47,375 bases of DNA from Nemertoderma westbladi. Taxonomy: Eukaryota; Animalia; Xenacoelomorpha. Location: assembly GCA_032718475.1 (NCBI GenBank), contig JAUCBJ010001122.1, forward strand, positions 1-47,375. Reading direction: 5' to 3'. Numbering within the stretch: position 1 is the stretch's first letter; every line of letters starts with the position of its first letter. Shown here piece after piece: positions 1-10,499 of this stretch. The notes below the pieces were generated by a model that ran no database searches, was not told where the DNA came from, and worked only from the letters and a program-made list of their open reading frames with translations. Both the position numbers and the translations under genes were made by a program.

Positions 1-3000
1 CTTGGATGAGGTCTCCTTAGGTTGCTTTCGTGGCTCTTGCAATGGCTTCGATTGTTCTGAGAGTGGTTCTTTTATTTGTCTATTAGAATGTAATTTAGTG
101 TGATGAGTTTTTCCACAAACGAAACATGATGATCGTGAAGTACATGAACCTTTATGCCCACCCAGACAGTTGGTGCAAATACCCTTTGTTTCGACCGAAT
201 CTAATCTATCTTCAATGGAAAGTTCATTAAATTGTGGGCAGGTATAGATTCTATGACCTTTATTATTACAGAAACCGCATATCCGCGCAGTCCAATCCTT
301 TGAAATCCAGTTCCTTTGGCCATTCCTAGATGATGTAGCAGATGAACTAGCATTTACAAAGTTAGTTGCTGGATACCTAGTTGAAGGGACACTACGGTTA
401 TGTGTGTCTGCTACCAGTGTGGTTACTTTAGGTGGAGGACATTGTTGGGGTGGTTGTTTACCTGCTGATTTATCGTGTTTTTCTTGGTATTTATCTGAGT
501 GCTTATCATCAGGGTAAGATATTTTGAATACAGGGTCATTCTGTATTCTTGCTCTCTGCGCAATGTACCCAGCCATCTCAAACAAATTTGGTTCCCTTAG
601 GTTGTCAGAACGAATGGAATCTGCTTTCTTGCGCCAGCCCAACTGGCACCATTGTGGAGTGTTTCCTATAATACGCTGCATATTAACCATTGTGTGCAAT
701 TCTTCTGGGCGTTGTAAATGCTGCAATAGGTTAATAGAGTAGTTTAATTTGTCAGAGTACTCTCGTAAACGTGGACCATCACTTGCTGCCATCCTTGTTG
801 TATTGATCAATTCATTGACTGTGGCTTCAATGATAAGCGTAGCATGACCATAACGCTCCCTGAGAATCTGCAATGCCTTAGCATAACTTCCTGAAAGCCC
901 TTCATAACCTTCAATAAGTTGCTTCGGGGGACCAGTGAGATATTGTAACAACATTGACAATTTCTCTGAATCTGGCAAGTTCTTAACGTGAATTTGGTCA
1001 TAAAAACTTTGCAGAAAACTAATGAATTTGGTGGGATTACCATCAAACTTTGTTGGAACACGTTGAGGCATACTAAGACGCATGGTTACATTCTCTAATA
1101 GACAGTTCGTTGCTTGATGTGCTTGGTCTAAAATTGACTGGCTTGTAGATTTTATTGCATTTGTTTGCAAATTATCTATCTGCAAGACTCGAGCAAATGT
1201 AGCATCTGGGCTGTCGTCAACCCCAAGCTTTGTTCTAGAATGGATCATAGGTGCTGGATTACATGGTGGATGATTAAATGTATTGTCAATATGCTCTTGA
1301 GATACCATTTGGTTGATCCAGTTAGAACTTGATAGATCGGCTGCACAAGATGTTTGCACAGATTGGGGCACCTTTTGCACATGTGACAATTGTGTCGTGC
1401 TGCTATTGGTTGCTCGTAAAGGTTTTGGCTGAGGTGGGATATGTGAAGCTGATGTATTGTTCGGGTATATTGCATTAATATTGGAAAAATTGTATGCATC
1501 GGTATTGCAGCTATTCATGTCTGCATAAGACTTGGGTCTTGATATTTGTTGCCGTTGGTATGGTGCTGGTGCAGGAACTGGAGAACTGTGCCATGAGTTA
1601 ATGGATTTTCCATTCGGTAAAATGAATGTAGGTGGATTTGTTTCATTAAGATGTACTTGACCATGACTATAATATGGATGCGGTATAGCCATTGAGTTTT
1701 GGCAAGATTGATCAGTTACACCTGATTGATATGGCCATGCACATGCATGAGGATTTAGTACCTGAGATGTATGAAAATCTTGGCAGGTACGTGGAGGTGC
1801 GATCTGATAGTCAGGTGCTTTCAAGCTTTGCTGTTGGTATAATGGAAGTAGTCGATGTTGACGGTAAATCTGAAGGTATTGGTTGAGGCTGGGAGGGGTG
1901 CCAAGATACCTTATGTCTGGTTTCACGGATTTTTTCTTTGTCACAGTCTACAGTTTGTTTGTCAACTACACTACTGTGGTTTAATTTGTCATTAAACTTT
2001 ATTAGAGGTTCTGACTGTGGAAAGATGTCATTTACAGTTCTACTACAATCCTGGTAATTACATTTATTATTAGTTTCGCTAACACTAAAGCTAACTGGTA
2101 CCTGAGGTGTTGCTTTGGCAGTTAGTTTTGATTTATTTTCACTTAGAGAAACTTTTCGTGCTTCAGCATCTCTGCGCAGTAATGATGCTCGTAATTCTAC
2201 AGCTTCAGCACTCTTAGTTATTTTCTTTCTCGCAATTTCCATTTCACTTTCTTTAATTTCTAAATCCTTTTCTGCTAGGAATCTCTGTATCTCTGCCTCT
2301 CTTTCCATTGCTTGAATGTAAGACTCATTTGTCTCAGAAAATTTCGATACTCTAGATGAAATACGAGATCCACTTTTACAGTCAGCTTGTTTCTTTCTAT
2401 GATACTGACTGCTTACATTGGAAATTGAATCTGAAGGTTTGATTAAATTTTGTAGGTCAATAGTTTTTCTTAAATATTTTTGACTATTTTCTTTAGTTTT
2501 ACTGTTAGCGATTTCATTTGAAATGATATTGGATTTAGATAACTTACCTAAGATCTCACTGCCTTTCTGTGACTGTAACTTTATTTGAGAGTCTTTGGTA
2601 TGTTTTATTTCAGCTTGTGCAAGAGGTCAGTGTGGTTTATTGACTGAGAGAATTGTTCCTTGGTCATTAGAAGTTCGGATATTTCGGTAAACTTCGTCGT
2701 CATTGTCCACATCCTCATCAACAAGGTTGTCTTGTAGGTCACCTAGAAGGTTTACATTATAAGGGTGAGTGGTGATACAAGTGAATGGTGTACTGGTGTT
2801 GTCTATGTACTTATTCAATGAATTGATTACGGTACTAGAAGATTGAGTGACATTATGAGTAACATCAGTTGGGGGATATTGTGATATGTGGAGCGGTTCA
2901 TTATCTAAAATAGAGTCATCAATTAGCGAGCGGTTAATACGAACTGAGTCAAAATGACTCAAACTAGTAGTAAGTTTTGCGTCACCTGCAGATAAATGGA

Positions 3001-3493
3001 GAGACTGGGATACATCCGCCTGCTGAGGTGTAAGTTCATTTAACATATGAATAGCAGCTTTATACTGCTTTTCTACTAACTCATAATCTGTCTTAAATGA
3101 TATTTGATACTGGATGTTACCGAGATGGGCAGACTCTTCAATAGCCTGACCGAATGCTGAGCTGATCCGTTGCCATGCCGTGTTCAGTTTATCTCTCAAT
3201 TGTAGCCAATGGGTTCGATTGAGATCCACTGGGCCACATTGATGCAAATTGGTAATTGATTTAACAATGCCTGTGAAGTGGCTTTTAAAACCTCCCAGGC
3301 GGCGTTTTAACTGTGACATACTGTCTATGTGGGATTTTTCTTCTCGTGTGCTAACTACATATCTCTTTGGTCGGCTTGGCTTAGTGGCACCCTCTGGTTT
3401 AGAGACTGAAGGGCGCGTTGGAATGAGACTTACCTGTGATGGCGACGACAATACTCCCTGTATTACTGTGTCATCAGCTGAGGTTAACTCCAA
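1..3493 (-). pseudogene. gag: BEL/Pao LTR retrotransposon gag, disrupted and running off the left window edge
   Basis: ORFs 2627..3493 and 1811..2308 are in the same frame, separated by one TGA (2627-2629); the frame between them is open (IKPSDSISNV). After a frameshift near 1815-1830, an uncalled frame that I read as open runs to position 1. It encodes a DUF1759-like core (PTKFDGNPTKFISFLQSF...EKLSMLLQYLTG...YAKALQILRERYG) and three BEL-type Cys/His knuckles (CGFCNNKGHRIYTC; CTNCLGGHKGSC; CFVCGKTHHTKLH). Confidence 0.9.
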
Positions 3494-3971
3494 AGATGTT
3501 ATTCCATGTTGAGGTTGCCTATCGTTGGCAGGTTGAAAGTTCTCTTCACTGGCAACGACTGGTAGTTAACCAAATAAACCCATCAACAACAGAGTTACTT
3601 CGTGACTGTGACATTGTAGACGGAGTAACAACGGTAACAGGGTGTAAGTGAGCCATTAGTGAAGTTTAATTCTTATATATCTATTGAATTAAATACTGAT
3701 TATTAGTTTGGCAGTACAGAACGTGATTAAATTTATATTGAATAAGCTAAATTCAAAGAATATATTAAAATAATAATTAAATAATTGAATTAGAGTTACA
3801 GAAAGAATAATCGATGTTAGTGTTATTAATGTTAGAATATTTGTAACACAGATACTCACGTCTCTTGTGCAACAAATAATAAAACCTGCTATGATGAAAT
3901 AACTAAATGTAATGCATTAAGAAGATATTATATTTTAATAATAACGCAATTAATATTAGGTATTAATCCTA

Positions 3972-4517
3972 GTAAAGCACTGGATAGGTTGTAAATAGTT
4001 TTCACGAAACTACGAGAAGAGGGATGCAAATAATTTAGCCTATTTGCAATGCAATTACGGCACTGATGGCGGTAAAGCACTGGATAGGTTGTAAATAATT
4101 TACACGAAATTGCGGGAAGAGGGATGCAAATAATTTAGCCTATTTGCAATGCAATTACGGCACTGATGGCGGTAAAGCACTGGATAGGTTGTAAATAATT
4201 TACACGAAATTGCGGGAAGAGGGATGCAAATAATTTAGCCTATTTGCAATGCAATTACGGCACTGATGGCGGTAAAGCACTGGATAGGTTGTAAATAATT
4301 TACACGAAAGACAAGAAGAGGGATGCAAATAATTTAGCCTATTTGCAATGCAATTACGGCACTGATGGCGGTAAAGCACTGGATTGGATAGGTTGTAAAT
4401 AATTTACACGAAATTGCGGGAAGAGGGATGCAAATAATTTAGCCTATTTGCAATGCAATTACGGCACTGATGGCGGTAAAGCACTGGATAGGTTGTAAAT
4501 AATTTACACGAAAGACA
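3972..4517. repeat. Tandem array of about 5.5 x 100-bp units upstream of BEL gag
   Basis: GGGATGCAAATAATTTAGCCTATTTGCAATGCAATTACGGCACTGATGGCGGTAAAGCACTGGATAGGTTGTAAAT recurs at about 4021, 4121, 4221, 4320 and 4425; copies are near-identical. Confidence 0.95.
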
Positions 4518-4577
4518 AGTCAGTTTCTGGTTACACAAAACCGGAACTGAATGTCCGAATTTGAGGCTGCCTCCACG

Positions 4578-4872
4578 AAAACGCGAAGCCAGTGTCTTAT
4601 AGTGAAATGTTAGGTTCCTATTATTAAAGCTAATATTGCGTAATATGGACATATGAATGTATATAGTTCAGTTTGACTACCTATTTATTAAGTTAAGTAC
4701 AGCACAGAAAACAGATACGGCAGATGCAACAACAAAACACTACCGCACTCACTATACAATAAGTCCGCCAGAGTAGAGACTGGTAGAACTTGAAATATTA
4801 TGATGGCAGGACGAGGTATATAGTTATACCGTAGTTAGGCCTAGTAGTGTACGTATAATTGCCTAATATACA
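4578..4872 (-). mobile_element. Putative 5' LTR and PBS of the BEL element
   Basis: Minus strand reads ...ACA-C-TGGCTTCGCG at about 4595-4582, i.e. an LTR-like end next to a TGG-start PBS. No second LTR is in the window and the tRNA match is weak, so boundaries are tentative. Confidence 0.3.
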
Positions 4873-5336
4873 GGACTAACAACAACTATGAGCGAGACAA
4901 CTATTTAATTTTTTTTTACTGAAAAAAATGCTGTTTTCCAACAGTATCTTTAGGCCTACTTAATACAGTAGGTAGCCTAATTAACCTTTTTTTTTTTTAC
5001 AGTAAATCAAATATGTTCTAGTTTGTTATGTTTTACTCGTATGTTTTACTGTAACGGATGTGAAGCTGAAAGATACCCCGAAAATCCCGTTATTTGCGGA
5101 CTGTCTCAAATCTGCAATTCTCGGAGCAATACGTCCTACCTGGCTGCATATCATTACCTAGGGGCCTATTGATTTCTCAGTTTACGCGCTGTCGCAGTTA
5201 ATCCCATATATGGAAATAAATAATATGATATTGAATATTATTTTACTTACATTGAATTGAATCTTGAAATGAGATGTGGGCGAAGCTCCCGAAATACCGG
5301 TAACTGAAGAAGGAATATCGGCACTTACAATAATAT

Positions 5337-5432
5337 TACTACTAGGATCGGCATGCTGCATTGCAGCTGCATTTTTAAGAATGCTGTGCCGGCTTGTCAA
5401 CAAAATTGCACCGCCACAACTCCCTAGATATA
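5337..5432 (-). mobile_element. About 95-bp 3' end copy of the RTE-type LINE at 38222-40551
   Basis: 5337-5426 is the reverse complement of 40459-40548, including the (TAG)n tail. It is flanked by the 11-bp direct repeat TACAATAATAT (5326-5336, 5433-5443). Confidence 0.92.
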
Positions 5433-5789
5433 TACAATAATATACTTCTGCACCAATAACCCTACAACCCTACTAAATAATCGAATAATAATACAGTAAC
5501 ATATGATGATTAACTGTTCATGCGGTAAAACATATTGAGATAATGTAGGTAAGAATAATAATGAATGATATGCTAGCCTCGAATGAGTGAGAGGCTGCAG
5601 TATTTATAGATAATGGAGGCTACTGTCGTGGTTGTCATGGTGAGTCGGGGTATGACCTCTGGCTGTCAATAGATGACAGCCAATATGAATGTTGAATATA
5701 CCAGAATGGACAATGAAACGATAATAAGAGATTCAATAAAATACTGATATGAAAGGAAGTATCCTCACCACGACAATCACTTCAGAGCA

Positions 5790-5960
5790 TTGGTCAACCA
5801 ATCAGAGCACAGTAAAGTAATAAATGTGGCTGTACTAGAGCTAGAGATACGAGGTTACACTGTGAATAATAGTAAGGCAATATTGAAATATTGCGACCGA
5901 CTATTGTTACTTGACTTACTAATATTGGGTTTTGGAATGAATAATATAAGATGGTCTGAG
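5790..5960 (-). mobile_element. Degraded LINE (CR1/L2-group) RT C-terminal fragment
   Basis: Peptides ILYYSFQNP and SLALVQPHLLLYCALIG resemble the LYxSLVxPHLxYCxxxW motif of CR1/L2-group ORF2. Confidence 0.35.
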
Positions 5961-6310
5961 GGCTACTAATGCATACTGGACTAAACAGAAATATTCTACC
6001 TACTCTAAACTGCACCCTATCTAAGAATAATATGAAGTCGCGTTGCAACACTTTTCCGTGGCCGCCAGCCAATACAAACCCATCTACAGAATGTACTGTA
6101 CAGTGTCTACCTTTTATTTCAATTTTATCTGTTTTTTTTACTCTTAGATAAACCACAGTCAGTATCTACCTTTAATTCAATTATATCTGCTTTTTACTCT
6201 TTTATATACTTACCGCTAATTATATTCACAGATATTTATTTTACTTGAGTTTTATTCTGGACCCTCATGGTAACGAGGTGAAACCTCATGAGGCCATCCA
6301 CTCCACACGT

Positions 6311-6545
6311 CACTACATACGCTATCCTTCTTGTTTTTACAGTACGTTACATTAATTATATTTACACTCATATTTACATACATATCTACATTTATATTCA
6401 CTACATACGCTATCCTTCTTGTTTTTACAGTACGTTACATTAATTATATTTACACTCATATTTACATACATATCTACATTTATATTTACTACATACGATA
6501 TCCTTCTTGTTTATACTGCACATTAACATTAATTATATTTTACCT
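6311..6545. repeat. 88-bp tandem repeat, about 2.6 copies
   Basis: CACTACATACGCTATCCTTCTTGTTTTTACAGTACGTTACATTAATTATA at 6311 and 6399, with a diverged copy at about 6487. Confidence 0.9.
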
Positions 6546-7278
6546 ACGCTTGTGATGTTGAGACCCATTTGTTTTAAAACTAATGCAATTGGGCAACATC
6601 TCTCATGTTACCGTGCCATATAGTACACTACTATGCATAGTTACATAATATTCATTGTTGTTTTGTCATCGTTGTTTCGCTTTGCATTGCGATTTTATCT
6701 GTTTAGTGCATATAATTTGTTGTTGACGTAAAAAAAATCAAATAAAATCAAATAAAAAAAAACTGTACGTCTCACCAGTTGTATTTTTTATTGAGTCTAT
6801 ACAGATACTGTTCGCTGTTCAGTAATTGGCTGACAGCTTGATCATTAGACTGGTTAATTATTGATTTATTAGTGTGGTAGGCCTAACCAACATTTTCTGA
6901 CTTTTCGGTTTTCTAAAAATTACTTTGATTTTTAAGAGCCTCATTCCGTGCCACCACTCTTGTGCCTAGACTACTGGTACTTAAATACTCCCTCAAACGA
7001 ATTATTGCTGTAAAACCTTCTAACTTTCAAACTGTCTAAAAAATTCCTCCAACTAGGCCTACATCTACCGGTACCGGGGTACCATGTTGGGTGGGATAAT
7101 TAGCTAGATTTCAATGAGCCTCTTATTAATTGTGCACTGAAGATTTTTATATTTCAATGAGTCTCTTAGTATTGCACTGCATTGTTTAATTGCTATAGTT
7201 CTACTTGAATATTATTATCATTGTTATAAACATTTTAGTCATTTCGCATTTGCCTCAACTATTTTACTCTAATCCGTA

Positions 7279-7470
7279 CTAAATTCGTTATTCTATGCTA
7301 CAAATTTAATTAGAATCTAGGTGAACACCCCCCCCCCCCCCCCCCTCCTAAATTCGTTATTCTAGGCTACAAATTTAATTAGAATCTAGGTGAACACCCC
7401 CCCCCCCCCCCCCCCCCCCCCTCCTAAATTATTTATTCTATACTACAAATTGAATAAGAATCCAGTTGAC
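7279..7470. repeat. Short tandem repeat with poly-C spacers (3 copies)
   Basis: CTAAATTCGTTATTCTA(T/G)GCTACAAATTTAATTAGAATCTAGGTGAACA followed by a C-run occurs twice, plus a third degenerate copy. Confidence 0.85.
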
Positions 7471-7719
7471 AATGACCACTCCCCATATACCACTCCTTGA
7501 ACACTCCCCACATACCACACCTACCCTCCAGCAAACAACAACGGAAAGGAACCATCAAAGGCCCGGGGAATTCCTTGAATTACGCGAAAAGTAAATCTTG
7601 AAGTTAAACTTAGAGAAGATTGAAAGCGTTTTAGACAAAAACGTGCCAATGTCCCGACCCTCCCCTATACACGTTATGTATTTAATATACAGTAATTTTA
7701 TCGGAAACTTATACAGTAA

Positions 7720-7846
7720 TGTGACGTCACAATATTGCGGACACCCCCCCCCCCCCCCTCCCCACCCCCTCGTCAATAATCGTCACGAAATACCTAACCC
7801 CATCCCGCCCCTGTCCAGCGTGACATCATTTATGGATGACCCCTTA
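7720..7846. mobile_element. One end of a PIF/Harbinger-like non-autonomous element
   Basis: Ends GCGTGACATCATTTATGGATGACCCC followed by TTA, the reverse complement of a GGGGTCATCCATAAATGATGTCACG-type TIR with a TAA/TTA target. The partner TIR was not found. Confidence 0.5.
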
Positions 7847-8519
7847 ATGTAAATACCTGGTCAGCTGAATGATTTTTTAGTTATTGTGTTGTGTACTGCT
7901 GACAGTAGAGTTGAATGCTCTTTATATGTATTTCATTTAATTTGTAGAGGGAAGTTAATTATGTTTTGGCAACATTAATGCTGTGAATGCAGTTGGAATC
8001 AGATGCTTTAGATTCCCATTTATAGCCACAGAGGATATCTGTTTGGCTTAAATAATTTGAAAGTACTTTAGAAAGCAATGATTATGACAGATACAGTATA
8101 TGGGCCTACACTTGTTTGCTAACTAACCTTCTTCAACTTTCAGTTTCCAAATTTTTAAAGAACATTCTTAGCCTGTGTAAGATACAGTATAAGTTGTTTT
8201 GCAGATACAAAGTTAACTGACACTCAGATTTTGTAACTGAATAATCAATCGAATTTGTAACTGGACAGTTTGATCTGCACTCATTATGGTGGTGGGTACT
8301 GCTACTTCAACTGCACTACTTTTAAAATTCCCTCCATTTGCTTTCTATCATATAATTACAGTCAGCTGGTGATGGGTTTTTTTTATGATATATGTAAGAT
8401 GTTTTAAATTTGAAAGGTTTTTATACTTTAAGTTAATGAATGAGTTAAAAAAATATTTGATACATGGTTCTTGGATTTATTACTGCTTACTTTGATATGG
8501 AACAGGGCATTTTAATTTG

Positions 8520-8805
8520 TATCTGGGTGCTCAGATTTGTAACCATTTGTAACAAGTCATAACCAAGGACATAAAGTTGCGACGGGGTGCTCATATTTGT
8601 AACCAAACATACTGATTTGTAACCAGGAACACAGATTCGAACCAGGCACTCCGATTTGTAACCGAGAATTCGAATTTATTACAGGACTCTCAGATTTGTA
8701 ACCAGAAACTAAGTTTTGTAACCAGAAACTAAGATTTGTAACCAGAAACTCAGATTTGTGACCAGGCACTCAGATTTGTAACCATAAACTCAAATTCGTA
8801 ACCGC
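8520..8805. repeat. 20-bp minisatellite
   Basis: More than 10 diverged copies of CAGATTTGTAACCAG(A/G)AACT. Confidence 0.9.
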
Positions 8806-9115
8806 TATCAGTTGACTGTTTATGATAAATAAAAGGTAGGTTCCTTATTGGTCTAAAGTCTCCCTCCACGGTAACCACTGGGGCTCCTTCTTGTCTGTTG
8901 TGTAAATAATAAGAGTGGATCTGGAATCTAACAATGTCATCAAGTTTCAGACTCTTTTGGTGTCCGTTAATGTACATGTTAGAAGGCACAGTAGACAAGA
9001 ATAACAATTGCAAAGTGGCAATTCGCTTATTATTGGTACAGTAAATCAATAAACCCTTATCTCTCGTAGGTACAGCACTTGTCCTGTGTATGTTTTACCA
9101 TCCTCTAGCATATCA

Positions 9116-9190
9116 TACTTATCCGTTAGCATACTGTACTTATCCGTTAGCATACTGTACTTATCCGTTAGCATACTGTACTTATCCGTT
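9116..9190. repeat. 21-bp tandem repeat, about 3.5 copies
   Basis: Unit ATCCGTTAGCATACTGTACTT. Confidence 0.9.
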
Positions 9191-9703
9191 TACATTCTCC
9201 ATCTTGGTTAAGGTTAATATTTTTAGCTACCTCGCATGAATCATCATCCTGTATTCTAACGCATGCGGCGTATCGATAAACATCTGTATTATTATACTGT
9301 AGCTCTACTGGAATAGAAGCGTTCTGTTATCAATAGACAGGATCCGGCGTCTCTTAGTAACATGGATGTTATTTTCATGAAATTGTATTTTGTGGCATTG
9401 GCAAAGTTCCATATTATTATTTTTATCGAATGGAACTATATACACATATTTATTTTTATAACTATAGAACTAGTGCCGTGCTTTGCTTATTGCTTTATAC
9501 ACCCATTCAGACCATACTAGGGTAAAAAACAACACAATTGACCGGATTGTTTCGGAGCCTTTCGTGTGACAATCAGACAGACAGACAAACAAACATGCAG
9601 ACACGATTTTTTTTACAATAAGTAAATCTGAAGATTTACAAATAAACATTGGCCGGTATAAGTTATGGTCTCCTCTTATGTTTGGAAGTTTACTATCTGA
9701 GCC

Positions 9704-9869
9704 GCAATCACTACATCCTGGAACACTAACCCATGTTGTTCTATCTTTTCTAATTTCGCTTTTAAATATTACAGCATCACCCTATACCAGCAATCACTAC
9801 ATCCTGGAACACTAACCCATGTTGTTCTATCTTTTCTAATTTCGCTTTTAAATATTACAGCATCACCCT
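9704..9869. repeat. Tandem duplication, period 86 bp
   Basis: GCAATCACTACATCCTGGAACACTAACCC...CAGCATCACCCT starts at 9704 and at 9790. Confidence 0.9.
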
Positions 9870-10027
9870 TCTTCAGAATCTTCAATAGCCATAAATATGG
9901 ACTTTTAACTTTATAAAAACTACAGATTTCTTACCGATATCCGGTTCTATGAACCCATATTGTGTGTCAACATTAAAATAAATAAATTAGATATAAAGCG
10001 GTAGGCTATTGCCAGTGGTTCCATTAA

Positions 10028-10499
10028 AATAATAATAAATTACCATAAGCAAAATATAGCATATAGGTAAGTATTAGGGGTCTACACTGGCTGAATATTG
10101 TAATGAAAACGCTGGATTTGGTGAACGTTTTCGCCCTACCGGGCTACGTCAGACCTATTATATTAATAAAGCATAATGGAGTAATTAAATTCAATTCGAA
10201 ATTCCCGCCACCTAAATAAAGCACTAATAGAATAGATAGTTCTAAGTAGGTCCTATATGTAATATAATATAAACAAAGTCGAAAACAAAATCAAAAAACA
10301 AAAAACAAAAGTCTCCAGAATAAAATAGATTTTTATCCAAACTTACATAAAGTAAAAATCCAATCGTGTCTCTAAGTAGCTCTCGTACTATTATTATAAA
10401 AACAAAAACCTCAAAACGCTCAGTTTCAACTCCGTATAACAAGTAAGGTAATATACAGCCAAACACACATTAGCAACCCCCATATGCGTACTATCCATT
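10028..10499 (-). repeat. Penelope pseudo-LTR (3' copy, element sense)
   Basis: Reverse complement of 15141-15612; the same incidental 74-aa ORF is called in both copies. Confidence 0.95.
10120..10155 (-). ncRNA. Minimal type I hammerhead ribozyme motif (variant core)
   Basis: Minus strand: GGT CTGACGTA GCCC GGTA GGGC GAAA ACGT TC ACC. Stem I GGT/ACC, stem II GCCC/GGGC, palindromic stem III AACGTT, predicted cut after UUC. Confidence 0.75.

Noticed and set aside
2627-2629. In-frame TGA in BEL gag as programmed readthrough or selenocysteine
   Set aside because: No SECIS or readthrough signal recognised, and a separate frameshift shows the copy is decaying.
10242-10466. 74-aa ORF present twice (also 15174..15398)
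   Set aside because: Identity simply reflects the inverted pLTR duplication; GTG start, T-rich composition and no recognisable motif.
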